Below are positions 48,880-63,246 of a stretch of DNA of 64,000 bases, piece by piece. Both the position numbers and the translations under genes were made by a program. Each line of letters opens with the position of its first letter. The stretch's first letter is position 1. The stretch is taken from positions 289,726,001-289,790,000 of the forward strand of contig OZ024742.1 in NCBI GenBank assembly GCA_964016885.1, written 5' to 3'. The stretch comes from Eledone cirrhosa (lineage: Eukaryota). The notes beneath the pieces are model-generated. The model did no database searches and was not told the origin of the DNA. It worked only from the letters and a program-made list of their open reading frames with translations.

Positions 48880-51183
48880 AATTTGTTTCTTTGTTCCAAT
48901 CTGACACTCAACTCCTTTCTTCTGCTAGGAGTTGTGACTGACACATAGTAGCAACAATGGAAAGATTGTTTCCCTTGTCTGATCTGACAATCAGCTCCTT
49001 TCTTCTGCTGGGAGTTATGACTGACACATAGTAGCAACAATGGAAAGATTGTTTCCCTTGTCTGATCTGACAATCAGCTCCTTTCTTCTGCTGGGAGTTA
49101 TGACTGACACATAGTAGCAACAATGGAAAGATTGTTTCCCTTGTCTGATCTGACAATCAGCTCCTTTCTTCTGCTGGGAGTTATGACTGACACATAGTAG
49201 CAACAATGGAAAGATTGTTTCCCTTGTCTGATCTGACAATCAGCTCCTTTCTTCTGCTGGGAGTTATGACTGACACATAGTAGCAACAATGGAAAGATTG
49301 TTTCCCTTGTCTGATCTGACAATCAGCTCCTTTCTTCTGCTAGGAGTTGTGACTGACACATAGTAGCAACAATGGAAAGATTGTTTCCCTTGTCTGATCT
49401 GACAATCAGCTCCTTTCTTCTGCTAGGAGTTGTGACTGACACATAGTAGCAACAATGGAAAGATTGTTTCCCTTGTCTGATCTGACAATCAGCTCCTTTC
49501 TTCTGCTGGGAGTTATGACTGACACATAGTAGCAACAATGGAAAGATTGTTTCCCTTGTCTGATCTGACAATCAGCTCCTTTCTTCTGCTAGGAGTTGTG
49601 ACTGACACATATTAGCAACAATGGAAAGATTGTTTCCCTTGTCTGATCTGACAATCAGCTCCTTTCTTCTGCTGGGAGTTGTGACTGACACATAGTAGCA
49701 ACAATGGAAAGATTGTTTCCCTTGTCTGATCTGACAATCAGCTCCTTTCTTCTGCTGGGAGTTATGACTGACACATAGTAGCAACAATGGAAAGATTGTT
49801 TCCCTTGTCTGATCTGACAATCAGCTCCTTTCTTCTGCTGGGAGTTGTGACTGACACATAGTAGCAACAATGGAAAGATTGTTTCCCTTGTCTGATCTGA
49901 CAATCAGCTCCTTTCTTCTGCTGGGAGTTATGACTGACACATAGTAGCAACAATGGAAAGATTGTTTCCCTTGTCTGATCTGACAATCAGCTCCTTTCTT
50001 CTGCTGGGAGTTATGACTGACACATAGTAGCAACAATGGAAAGATTGTTTCCCTTGTCTGATCTGACAATCAGCTCCTTTCTTCTGCTAGGAGTTGTGAC
50101 TGACACATAGTAGCAACAATGGAAAGATTGTTTCCCTTGTCTGATCTGACAATCAGCTCCTTTCTTCTGCTGGGAGTTATGACTGACACATAGTAGCAAC
50201 AATGGAAAGATTGTTTCCCTTGTCTGATCTGACAATCAGCTCCTTTCTTCTGCTAGGAGTTGTGACTGACACATAGTAGCAACAATGGAAAGATTGTTTC
50301 CCTTGTCTGATCTGACAATCAGCTCCTTTCTTCTGCTGGGAGTTGTGACTGACACATAGTAGCAACAATGGAAAGATTGTTTCCCTTGTCTGATCTGACA
50401 ATCAGCTCCTTTCTTCTGCTGGGAGTTATGACTGACACATAGTAGCAACAATGGAAAGATTGTTTCCCTTGTCTGATCTGACAATCAGCTCCTTTCTTCT
50501 GCTGGGAGTTGTGACTGACACATAGTAGCAACAATGAAAAGATTGTTTCCCTTGTCTGATCTGACAATCAGCTCCTTTCTTCTGCTGGGAGTTGTGACTG
50601 ACACATAGTAGCAACAATGAAAAGATTGTTTCCCTTGTCTGATCTGACAATCAGCTCCTTTCTTCTGCTGGGAGTTGTGACTGACACATAGTAGCAACAA
50701 TGGAAAGATTGTTTTCCTTGTCTGATCTGACAATCAGCTCCTTTCTTCTGCTGGGAGTTGTGACTGACACATAGTAGCAACAATGGAAAGATTGTTTCCC
50801 TTGTCTGATCTGACAATCAGCTCCTTTCTTCTGCTGGGAGTTGTGACTGACACATAGTAGCAACAATGGAAAGATTGTTTCCCTTGTCTGATCTGACAAT
50901 CAGCTCCTTTCTTCTGCTGGGAGTTGTGACTGACACATAGTAGCAACAATGGAAAGATTGTTTTCCTTGTCTGATCTGACAATCAGCTCCTTTCTTCTGC
51001 TGGGAGTTGTGACTGACACATAATAGCAACAATGGAAAGATTGTTTCCCTTGTCTGATCTGACAATCAGCTCCTTTCTTCTGCTGGGAGTTGTGACTGAC
51101 ACATAGTAGCAACAATGGAAAGATTGTTTCCTTGATCTGATCTGAGAATCAGATCCTTTCTTCAGCCAGGAATTGTGACTTAC
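48880..51183. repeat. 83-bp minisatellite, ~27 near-identical copies, intronic
   Basis: Unit ctgacaatcagctcctttcttctgct(g/a)ggagtt(g/a)tgactgacacatagtagcaacaatggaaagattgtttcccttgtctgat. Confidence 0.97.
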
Positions 51184-51280
51184 AATTGGCTCTTTTCCCT
51201 TATTGTTTGCATGTGTGCCTATGGGGGAAGAGCGGGGTTTAGTATTTCTTATTTAATTAAAATATAGAGGAAAATATTAC

Positions 51281-51375
51281 CATTTGAATCTTTAACTTGA
51301 ATAGCTGCTTGGTATTTCAGGAGTAAAATCACCATATTGTCATTCCCAGTTTGACAAGCTAACATCAAAGCTGTT
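51281..51375 (-). CDS. ANKRD26: Exon of ankyrin-repeat gene; (K)TALMLACQTGNDNMVILLLKYQAAIQVKDSN(G)
   Basis: 95-bp exon, ctttgttatag / gtaata; phase 2 to 1 joins the previous exon in frame; ankyrin repeat TALMLA motif. Confidence 0.9.
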
Positions 51376-52796
51376 CTATAACAAAGAAATAAACATACAC
51401 ATTTTTTCATTAATAATACCAGGGAATTAAAAATAAATTTTTCTTGGCAACTGAGAATTTAGACCTTATTCTGGATATTTTCATGTCACAGATTCAGAAA
51501 ATACCACCCTTTTGATCTCGCAGCTCTAGTTTTTGAAATATTGGCGGTGCTCCAGCATAGCCTCAGCCAGCCGACTGTAATACGTCACTACCTACTTTAT
51601 TACTCTTCTAGTACAGTATTATGAGTTGTTCATAAATCTAAATACATCTGTGTAATTAAATAGTAGCTATGATTTTGCTGATCAGATTGCTTTTGCATGT
51701 GTATTGTACATGTACAAACATGAACTCTTTCTGGTGAGAGTTCAATAACTGTGGGAGTATAATTCACAGCAATGAAAGGAGAAGAAGGAGAACAAAGTAA
51801 ATAACTGCCCCATGTCTTTAATCATTCAGAAAACATGCCAAGATGTATCAGCCATTGCCTTTCCTTTGGACAACATTGGTGGCATGGAAATGGGAGACTG
51901 GCATACATGGGCAACTGCTGGTTTTCCACAAACAACCTTGCCTGGACTTGTGCCTCGGAGGGGAACTTTCTAAGTGCAAATCCCATGATAATTTGTGACT
52001 GAAGGGGGTCTTTATCCTTAAAACATGTCTTATTTTGTGGTCAGTTTGTCTATCATCATTTCAGGGTTGATAAAATATAATAGCAGTTATTTACTGAGGT
52101 TCATTTGACTGTTCTTTTCCCCAAAATGTCTTACACAGGGCCTCTGTAAAAAATCCTAGTGGGCAAAATCCTCAGTCAGACAAACTATTTTCAAAGCCTG
52201 TTGAATGGACTGTACCTGTAATTCAAAGGACCAGTCTTATTACACAGTGTCACACTGAATCTCTCCTAGAATTACGTTAATAGTACATGCATATGTGGAA
52301 TGGTCAGTCACTTGCAATACAACAATACAGGATCGATTGTACATGTAATTTAAAAATCCAGCCCCTGTCATGCTGAATTTCCCTGAGAATTACATTAAAG
52401 GTACACATATCTGCTGAATACTCAGATAATAGCATGAAAAGGCCGTCACATTTATAGAAGAACTGGAACCCTCATTGTCAAAAAAGCTGCAGGTCCATTC
52501 CATCAGCCAACTAAATGTGTGTCTGTAAAAATTAACCTTTTCACGTCCATATTTCTATTGAAATACACTCTATTTCAGTTAATTAATGAACAATTTTGAG
52601 ACATTTACCAATATTTATCTATATAAAGATGGTATTTCTGTAGAGCAAAAGGCATATCATGCTGAAAGGGGGATGGTATGTGTGTGTGTGTGAGAGAGAG
52701 CTGCAGTGATGGTAGTGATGCCAAAATGTTTATTTTTAATCCTACACTATAACAATCTTTGTGAAAAGGGAATGGCAAGAAGGAGAATGAGAGAAG

Positions 52797-53070
52797 GAGT
52801 GTGTGTGAGCATGTAAAATATTCCATTTTGGTATTTTCAGTAATTTGTTAAATTTATTTGATTTATTTTGTTGTGTTCCATATAGGTAATTAAGTAATGT
52901 ATATATTATTTGTGCGTGTGTGTATATATATATATATACACACACACACACATAAATAATAAATACATTACTTAATTACATATATGGAACACAACAAAAT
53001 AAATCAAATAAATTTAACAAATTACTGAAAATACCAAAGTGGAATATTTTACATGCTCACACACACACAT
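52797..53070. repeat. Inverted repeat (~110-bp arms)
   Basis: gagcatgtaaaatattcca...taagtaatgta pairs with tacattactta...tggaatattttacatgctc. Confidence 0.85.
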
Positions 53071-53762
53071 ATATGTTATATCTATATTAATAAAGCTGAC
53101 GGCTGTATGTATGTATGTATCTAACAAACTTTTGGCCAAATGGCTGGACCAAACAGCACCAAATTTGCACCATAGATGTAACTTTTTCCAAGGAAGAAAG
53201 TGACGGCATTTTTGTCTACTAAAGTTCGTTATTCTTGCTTAAAGATATTTTATTGTTTATTTAAAGATTCACTTCTTTAAAATTTTCAAATGTCAACACT
53301 TCCAGTTAGCAATTGCTTAAATAAATATTCATATATTTTGCAGTTTATATATAATATCGTCTTTTTGTTTAATTGTATCATGGATTAAATTTCTGTGTAT
53401 ATTGTCAATTTCTATCTATATTAATAAAGCTGATGGCCATGTGTAAAGTGAGGAGTACATTACTGGTACTTTATTATATATAATCTAAACTATAATAAAG
53501 TAAGGAGAGCGGGACTGCATCCAGAATATATTTTTTATCTCGTTTGTAAAATAAGTTGGATTACTTTGAATAAATAATGAATGAATATTACATAATTTAT
53601 CTACTAAATTTTGTTATTCTTGATTAAATATAAATAATTTTGTTGCTTATTTTAAGATTCACTTCTTCAAAATTTTCAAATGTCAACACTTCCAGTTAGC
53701 GATCGCTTCAATAAACATTCATATATTTCCGTCACTAATTTTTTCCTAATGCAGTTTATATA

Positions 53763-53952
53763 TAATTGTTTCTACTTTTTGGCACAAGGCCAGCAATTAC
53801 CCAGTGCATTACTGGTACTTTATTTTATCGACCCCGTAAGGATGAAAGGCAAAGTTAACCTTGGCGGGATTCGAACTCAGAATGGCAAGGACCGTAACTC
53901 TGTGCGTCAAAGCATAGCGTCCGACCCTCTACCGATACTGCCAATCCACCGC
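53763..53952 (-). mobile_element. Nin-like SINE
   Basis: Reverse complement of the 10334 family; B box gagttcgaatcc. Confidence 0.82.
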
Positions 53953-54327
53953 ACAGTTTATATATAATATCGTCTTTTTTTTAATGTACCATGGATTACG
54001 TTACTAATTACATAAGACAGTGTAACGCAGTCTTCGTTCAATTTCTGTGTATATTGTCAATTACGATTTTATTTGATGTATCATATCTACATACATATAT
54101 ACTTGCGTGTAATATCAATATGCATACTACACATGCCTCAGAAAACCACCCGAAGGGTGGTTTTTCTGCCAGTATATATAATACGACATTCCTCTCTCTT
54201 TTTAGATAGATACACAGCTATAACGTTGCATCGTTATGATATCTGTCTGTATGTCTGCCTGTCTGCATTGACTTCGCTTCTAACCAACTTTTAATTAATT
54301 ATATATATATATAATTATATATTCGTG

Positions 54328-54660
54328 TATATTTTCAACAGTAATACTGTACTACATATTTTCAACAGTAATACTATACTATACTATATATTTTCAACAG
54401 TAATACTGTACTACCCTATATATTTTCAACAGTAATACTATACTATACTATATATTTTCAACAGTAATACTGTACTACCCTATATATTTTCAACAGTAAT
54501 ACTAAACTATACTATATATTTTCAACAGTAATACTATACTATATGTTTTCAACAGTACTACTGTACTATATATTTTCAACAGTAATATTATACTATACTA
54601 TATATTTTCAACAGTAATACTGTACTGTACTATATATTTTCAACAGTAATACTATACTAG
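54328..54660. repeat. ~27-33 bp tandem repeat (tatattttcaacagtaatactatac)
   Basis: About 11 copies. Confidence 0.9.
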
Positions 54661-54676
54661 TCAGACGGGCCAGCTA

Positions 54677-54708
<32 letters not shown>

Positions 54709-54713
<5 letters not shown>

Positions 54714-54905
54714 AACGAGTAGGACCCCGACGGCTGAGCTCAAGCCGTTTCGACGGCTAATTCTAGTCCAGAATTAGCCGTCGAAACGGCTTGAGCTCAG
54801 CCGCCGGGGTCCTACTCGTTCCTATTACCCACTCTACTACCCTAAGTATTGAGTACTTTGGTGCGTTATGGTCCACCTGGTTCCTTACCACATTTCCTTC
54901 GTTAT
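54709..54905 (+). mobile_element. Fold-back element with HHR 3' half (same family as 36923)
   Basis: ~55-bp near-perfect hairpin plus the shared tail gtattgagtactttggtgcgttatggtccacctgg. Confidence 0.72.
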
Positions 54906-55191
54906 ATATATATATATATATATAAAACTTATAAATAAACATTTAAAAAATATCATATTGACCTTTAATATTAAGCTGCTGTTTCTAATTAAACTATGGA
55001 ATATCCAGAGTCAGCTCGGCTTCTTATTAAATATTTCATTACTAAGATAATAACTTAACAGATGCTTCTTATATAGAATTATGTTTGAAGATTTTGATTT
55101 AAATAGGAACACTTTAAAATGGGTGGTTTTGTTTCATAGAACCTGAACTGATTTTGGCTGTGTTGGTATCAAAAGGGTTATAAATACTTAC

Positions 55192-55298
55192 TTCTGATCA
55201 TTATCAATACTGTTTACATCAGCTCTGTTTTGAAGCAGACATACAGCAATATTCACTTTGTCTTCTAACACAGCATAGTGCAATGGTGTTCTACCAGC
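55192..55298 (-). CDS. ANKRD26: Exon of ankyrin-repeat gene (ANKRD26-like, tentative); AGRTPLHYAVLEDKVNIAVCLLQNRADVNSIDNDQ(K)
   Basis: 107-bp exon flanked by tttattgaacag and gtaagt; phase 0 to 2; canonical ankyrin repeat (G-TPLH-A...LL...ADVN). Symbol is tentative. Confidence 0.9.
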
Positions 55299-55539
55299 CT
55301 GTTCAATAAAATACACACACACCTTTAACCCTTTAGCATTTAAACTGGCCATATCTGGCCAGAATTCTCTCACCTCTTTCTCTCCAAACCGACTGTAACT
55401 GACCACTCATATTGACATTAAGGTATTGTTCTCAAAATATCATAGATTCAATATTATGTGAGATAAATATGAGATAAAGCCTTTGCCATGAAAATACAAT
55501 AGTAAATATAGAGTGATGTAAAATAATAAAGGGTTAAAT

Positions 55540-55634
<95 letters not shown>

Positions 55635-55644
55635 AGGAATGGAA

Positions 55645-55915
55645 TGCTCATGTGCACAGATACAATAAAATAACTTATAAAATAGGGAGAACACCCTTAA
55701 AGACGGAAAAAGAAGTTCCCATCAGTCACTATGAGAGATTGAACGCCATATCTCTCAGATACCAGCTAAGCACTGTAAGCCATTAAGCTAAATGGTTTAA
55801 AGTGCCTACCCACAGGAGAAATGTAGTTTGATCCCTCTTAGTGGCTGATGGCCAATTCTTTTCCATCTTTAAGGGTCTTCATCCTATTCTAAAGCATCTC
55901 AATGCATGAGCACAA
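55645..55915. repeat. Degenerate fold-back of two head-to-head tRNA-like heads
   Basis: cccttaaagacggaaaaagaa pairs with ttcttttccatctttaaggg; tagc-taatgg and gtt(c/t)(a/g)atc boxes on both strands. Confidence 0.5.
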
Positions 55916-56098
55916 CATTCTTTAAATGAACTTTATTCCCTCATATTTCACAGATCGGCTTCATATGCACAATGTTTGTTGATATATATATATACATATA
56001 TATATATGTATATAAAAAGTAAACAGAAATAACAACACAATCGGTACAGTATATGGAAGGTATATATTAGGTTAACGCTTGATATAGCAAGAAGAGGG

Positions 56099-56134
56099 TC
56101 TTAACGTTTCGGACGCTAGTCCTTCATCAAAAGA
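56099..56134 (-). ncRNA. Minimal HHR variant (UUGAUGA)
   Basis: tctt TTGATGA a-ggac-tagc-gtcc GAAA c GTT aaga, within insert 56014-56232. Confidence 0.55.
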
Positions 56135-56257
56135 AAGAATGAGAAATAAAATAGATTGAGGGGACGGGCGGGTTGGAATTGGAAAAAATGTCTTTAGATA
56201 AAAATAACAGGTCCTTTCATGTTGACATCTATAGACATATATATATATATATACATA

Positions 56258-56352
56258 CGTGACAAGTGGAGAGATACTGTGCTAAATAGGACCCTGTCCA
56301 ACCCTTGCAAGCAGGGAAAAGCGAACGTAAAATGATGATGATGATAATGATG
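56258..56352 (+). mobile_element. Short RTE tail
   Basis: Matches the 3' end of the 10783-13691 subfamily. Confidence 0.75.
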
Positions 56353-56393
56353 ATATACATATATATATAGATATATATACATATATATATACG

Positions 56394-56459
<66 letters not shown>

Positions 56460-56561
56460 CATATATACACATATCTATATATACACACACACATATATAT
56501 ATATATATACACACACATATATATATACACACACATATATATACATATATATATATACATA

Positions 56562-57842
56562 CTAGCAGAAGTGCCCGGCGTTGCTCGGGGCTGAGGAACT
56601 GATGTATTATAATGAATATTCCATCTCGTTTGGTTTGCAGGCCTGGTGTGTCATGGTCTCTGTTAACTATGGTATATATAATCTGGTTGCAGCTAGAAAA
56701 ATAGACATACCGCAGCAGGGTTTGTACCTACATAGGTGATCCCCTGTCTATTTGACTTTCACCTGACCTAACTGAGGTCATAGGTGAAAGGGATAGGATC
56801 AATCACTTTTTGACAGGACAAAGAAAACGTTTGTTGGTGCCTGTTTATGTCGTGGTTTTGGGTTCAATCCCTAATTTTTTTATTCCTTACTGAAAGTGAA
56901 CGTCCCTAGCAGTTAAGAATGAGAAATTGAATTGTTTCTGGCGCGATTGTACTCTCGTCATTGTTAACAAAAACTACATTGAAACACGCACACACACATG
57001 TGTGTATTGACGGTAATACACACACACACACACACATGCTAACGGCGACATAACATTTACCGGTTATATAAACTTTTCATGCTATATAACATCGTACTGA
57101 CTACATAGCCTTTTACCTGCTACATAGCTTTACCGGCTACATAATGAATACCGGCTACGCAATTGATCTTGTTGTTTAAGGAAGTCTGCGAATAGTGTTT
57201 AAAAAAATTATTTGTTAACTCACATTATGTGAAAATGAAAATAATTATGTCGTTTGATTTTACGATTGAAAGAAAATAATTGTCGCAAATTAGAATTTTT
57301 ATTTGTTAATGAAGTGTGTATGTGTGGTTAGAAATCCGGCACGTGGTTAAATTGATTTAAAGTTTAATTATTCATTTGATGTGAGTGTGTGTTTGTATGT
57401 GTTTGCAAATAAATAAATCAGTTTGAAGACTCACATTTAGAATAAACAAAATTGTACGTTAATGTGGCTAATGCTTTTGTTGTTTAGTCTGTAACGTGTA
57501 TGAGTGAGAGAGTAAAACGGACAGTATCACCATCAACATGAACTATGTAAAATGAAAAGAATAGTTGTTTCAGCTTGGAAAGAGAAAGAAGCAGAAAGTA
57601 TGAAGTTGTATAGATTTTGAAAAGTAATGGAAAGAGTTTAGCACTTGAAATGAGAGAGGGTAATCGTAAAATATTGAGTTTTATCGATTTTTTGCGTAAT
57701 TGTGGGTGAAATTTAAAAAATGATATGTGCCAAGACCCAATCGAAGCTATTTCGAATACTGAATTGTAAATTTCAATTGAAGAAATTCTATATCGTAGAT
57801 TTCTATAACAAAGAAACATGACCATACACTGAGCTTTATAGA
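56562..57842 (-). mobile_element. Complete non-autonomous Helitron (1281 bp)
   Basis: Minus strand A|TCTATAAAGC...CCCGAGCAACGCCGGG hairpin...CTAG|T; AT target site and no TSD. Confidence 0.8.
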
Positions 57843-57848
57843 TTATGA

Positions 57849-58444
57849 TATCATCATCATCATCATCATCATCGTTTAACGTCCATATTCCACGCTTGCA
57901 TGGGTTTGGACGGGAGTTTTCCCACTTGAGGCAAGAGTGGTTGTCTTGCTCGCATAGGACTCTCTGGTGGGTTTTCTACAGCTGGATGCCCTTCCTAACA
58001 CCAACCACATTTACAGTGTGGGACTGGGAGGTTTTTACCGTGTTACCTACATGGCCACATTACAGCGTGGACTGTGTGTCTTTTTGTCGTGACACCTACA
58101 CGATCTCATTTGTTTCGGCCTGGATGTTGTGGCACCAACGTAACTTTACATTGAAAGGGGCGGCGTGGATGGGGTGGGGGTGGTGGGACGGGGGTGTATT
58201 TTGTTAGAGATGCCTACTGACTGTAGTAGGTTTTACTTTGTATTTAGGTAAGGCGGGTCTTCTCTATTACTGAGTACCACCAAAGATCTCGGTCCAGTGA
58301 CATTGTCTTGGAGAGGTGTAAGTGTGTGATGTCGGAATTTATCAAGTCGTCCCAGGTTTTTCTGGGTCTGCCTACTCCGTGGCTACCGTCTATCTTTATT
58401 GCCCTGCACTTTTTTATACAGCTGTCGTCTTTCATGTGCATCAC
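57849..58444 (-). mobile_element. RTE 3' fragment
   Basis: KDDSCIKKCRA...KTW; (CAT)n tail. Confidence 0.9.
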
Positions 58445-60899
58445 AGATAGAGACATTCAATGTAGAAGAGAACTGGGAGTTCCTAAAAAATAACTTACTA
58501 GAGGCGATGGATGAGGTCTGTGGCTGGAGTAAGACCTCAAGCAGGAGGAGAGTGACTTGATGGTGGAACAATAAGGTAGATGAGGCAGTTAAGGCCAAGA
58601 GACAGGCATGGAAAGAATGGAAGAACGGGGGGAGCAGGGTACATTACATAGAGACCAAGAGGGAAGCTAGGCGACAAGTATACTTAGCTAGGAGGGAAGC
58701 AGAGGATGGAAAATTCAAGCATGTTTTGCAACGCGAGGACCAGAAACAGGAGGTGTTCAAGATTGCGAGGCAGTGTGTCAGAGAGAATTGTGATGTCATT
58801 GGAGAGAAGTGTATCCAGAATGATAAAGGTGAGCTTGCCCTCACAAGTGCTGAGAAGAAAGATGCATGGAAGAGTCATTATGATAGATTACTAAATGAGG
58901 AGAATGCATGGGAAGAAGAGACCCTACCCCAAGTAGACCCTATAGAGGGGCCAGCAGTACAAGTCAGCAGCAGCGTAGTAAGTAAGGCAATCAAAGATAT
59001 GAAGATGGGGAAGGCAACCGGTCCATCGGGTATAGCTGCCGAGATGCTGAAGGCATCTGGGTCTGTAGGTCACACTATAACCACACGTATTGTTAACCAG
59101 GTAATACTAGAAGGTGTCATACCAAAAGATTGGTGCAGTAACATCATTGTCAACTGCTACAAAGGTAAAGGTGATGCACTAGATAGAGGAAACTATAGAG
59201 GTATAAAGCTGATGGACCAGGTCATGAAAGTAACAGAAAAAGTTATAGCACAGTTGATTAGGGACTGGGTGAAACTAGACGAGATGCAATTTGGGTTTGT
59301 ACCAGGAAGAGGCACTACTGATGCCCTCTTCCTTGTCAGGCAGTTACAGGAAAAGTACCTAGCTAAAAGTAAGCCACTCTACCTGGCATTTGTCGACCTT
59401 GAGAAAGCCTTTGACAGAGTTCCACGTGCTCTAATCTGGTGGGCTCTTAGAAAACTAGGAGTAGATGAATGGCTTGTGAAAGTGGTACAAGCCATGTATA
59501 GGGGAGCAGTCAGCAAAGTTAGGATTAGCAATGAGTATAGCGAGGAATTTAGCGTACAGGTTGGGGTCCACCAGAGCTCTGTTCTTAACCCCCTCCTGTT
59601 CATCATAGTCCTGCAGGCAATAACGGAGGAGTTTAAGACCGGATGCCCATGGGAACTCCTGTATGCTGATGACCTCGCACTTATAGCTGAATCTATGGTA
59701 GAACTAGAGAAGAAATTCCAAACTTGGAAGCAGGGACTAGAAAGCAAGGGTCTCAAAGTCAACATGACAAAGACTAAGGTCCTTGTAAGTAGACGAGAAA
59801 ACAGAACCCAGATCCCCTCAGGGAAATGGCCTTGCTCAGTATGTAGGAAAGGTGTAGGTAGGAACTCCATTCTCTGCCCCAAATGCAAACAATGGGTACA
59901 CAAGAGATGTAGTGGGATCTCAGGAAGCTTAATTAAGAATGTAGGCTTCACATGCAGCAGCTGTGCTGGGACAGCAAGCAGCAAACAGCCACAGGAAACA
60001 AGTACCACCAATCTCTGGGAGGGCTCTGTAGAAACAGTAGACAGCTTCTGCTACCTAGGTGACCGAATTAGCAGTGGAGGTGGGTGTTCAGAAAGTACAA
60101 TAACTAGGGTAAGAACGGGATGGAAGAAGTTTAGGGAACTACTACCACTGCTAGCTGCAAAAGGCTTCTCCCTCAAAATGAAAGGCAGACTGTATGCTGC
60201 GTGTATCTGAATAGCGATGTTGCATGGTAGTGAGACCTGGGCGCTGAAGGTGGAAGACTTACGTAGATTAGAGAGAAACGAAGCCTGCATGCTTGGATGG
60301 ATGTGTAATAGTAATATAAGCAAACGACAAAGCATAAACGAATTGAGAGAGAGACTGAGCATAAGAGGAATCAAATGCTGTGTGCAGGAGAGGCGGTTGC
60401 GTTGGTGTGGACATGTGATGCGTATGAAGGATGACAGCTGCATAAAAAGGTGCAGTCGATGGGGAGACCAAAGATGACCTGGGATGAGGTGATAAAAGCC
60501 GACCTTACCCAATTACACCTCTCAAAGGCGATGACACACGACCGTGACCTCTGGCGTCACGCAGAAATACAGAGTAGCCGACCTCCCATGGGTACAAGCT
60601 GAAGCATATAGACAATATGCCCCCACACCCCCCACTGCAAGGTGGTCGTGGAGGTGCCACGGCAAAAAAGTACCCAGCCCACACTGTAAAGTGGACGTGT
60701 AGGCAAAAAAGCAGCCAGCACTCACTGTAAATGAGGTTGGTGTTAGGAAGGGCATCCAACTGTAGAAATCAAGCCAAATCAGTTCCTGTATGAGCAAGGC
60801 ATGGTCAGCCGACCAGACACTGCCCACAACAGGACAACCCATCTAACCCATGCTAGCGTGGAAGAACGGACGTAAAACGGTGATGATGATGATGATGAT
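58445..60899 (+). mobile_element. RTE LINE, 5'-truncated, 494-aa RT ORF
   Basis: ORF 58726-60210; same subfamily as 58-2593. Confidence 0.95.
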
Positions 60900-62040
<1,141 letters not shown>

Positions 62041-62083
62041 TCATCATCATCATCATCATCGTTTAATGTCCATATATATATAC

Positions 62084-62382
62084 ATATATAGACAATATCC
62101 CCCCCACACCCCTCACTGGAATGTGGTCGTGGAGGTGCCACGGCAAAAAAGCACCCAGCCCACACTGTAAAGTGGACATGTAGGCGCCACGAAAAAGCAC
62201 CCAGCACACACTGTAAATGAGGTTGGTGTTAGGAAGGGCATCCAGCTGTAGAAATCAAGCCAAATCAGTTCTTGTATGAGCAAGGCATGGTCAGCCGACC
62301 AGACACTGCCCACAACAGGACAACCCGTCTAACCCATGCTAGCGTGGAAGAACGGACGTAAAACGGTGATGAAGATGATGAT
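62084..62382 (+). mobile_element. RTE 3' UTR fragment
   Basis: Matches 60604-60899. Confidence 0.85.
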
Positions 62383-62608
62383 ATATATATATACATATAT
62401 ATACATAATTATATATACATATATATATATATACATGTTGCCAATAAGAAACACACGCACCAGTTGCTTTCACTTCAATTTATTATAATAAATTTATAAA
62501 TTTCCGGTTGGTTGGTTGGTGCCTCTCCTTTGTTCTGTCCTACGCCATCAACAAGATAGCGTAGGACAGAACAAAGGAGAGGCACAAAAACAAAGAAAGG
62601 AATCCCCA

Positions 62609-62651
62609 GTCACTGAAGAGGTCACAGAATGTGTGACGAAAGAACTCTGAC
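62609..62651 (+). ncRNA. Type-I hammerhead ribozyme in a nested fold-back insert (62437-62712)
   Basis: gtca CTGAAGA g-gtcaca-gaatg-tgtgac GAAA g-aa-CTC tgac. Confidence 0.78.
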
Positions 62652-62714
62652 AATATATAAACAATCATCTGGTTGTGGAACCAACCAACCAACCGGAAAT
62701 TTATAAATTCGTAA

Positions 62715-63190
62715 ACGACCTCACACACTTACACCTCTCCAAGACAATGTCACTGGACCAAGATCTTTGGCGCTACACAGTAATACAGAAGACCCGCCTT
62801 ACCTAAGTACAAAGTGAAACCTACTACAGTCAGTAGGCACCTCTAACAAAATACACCCCCGTCCCACTACCCCCTCCCCATCCACACCACCCCTTTCAAT
62901 GTAAAGTTATGTTGGTACCAAAACTTCCAGCCCGAAACAAATGAGGTCGTGTAGGTGTCACGACAAAAAAAACACACAGTCCACGCTGTAATGTGGGCGT
63001 GTAGGTAACACGGTAAAAACCTCCCAGTTGCACACTGTAAATGTGGTTGGTGTTAGGAAGGGCATCCAGCCGTAGAAAACCCGCCAGACAGTCCTATGCG
63101 AGCAAGACAACCACTCTTGCCTCAAATGGGAAAATTCCCGTCCAAACCCATGCAAGCGTGGAATATGGACGTTAAACGATGATGATGATA
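62715..63190 (+). mobile_element. RTE 3' fragment
   Basis: Family 3' UTR and (ATG)n tail. Confidence 0.9.
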
Positions 63191-63246
63191 TATATATACA
63201 TACATATAGATATATATATACATACATACATATATATATATATACA

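Larger units (their letters stand above)
53081..54677 (+). mobile_element. Composite Helitron-like region with internal duplications
   Basis: Several A|TCTA 5'-like starts (53081, ~53415, ~53483) and a gacgggccagCTAG end. Confidence 0.4.

Noticed and set aside
48930-49000. Hammerhead-like look of the 83-bp unit on the minus strand (CTGAT tgtc..gaca agg GAAA caat..att GTT)
   Set aside because: G8 and A9 are missing and stem I cannot pair, so it is probably coincidental; a cleavage assay of a dimer would settle it.
48880-51183. 83-bp array as a CRISPR array or a repetitive protein (MSDQTRETIF ORFs)
   Set aside because: No unique spacers and a eukaryotic intron context; the unit is not a multiple of 3 and contains stops.
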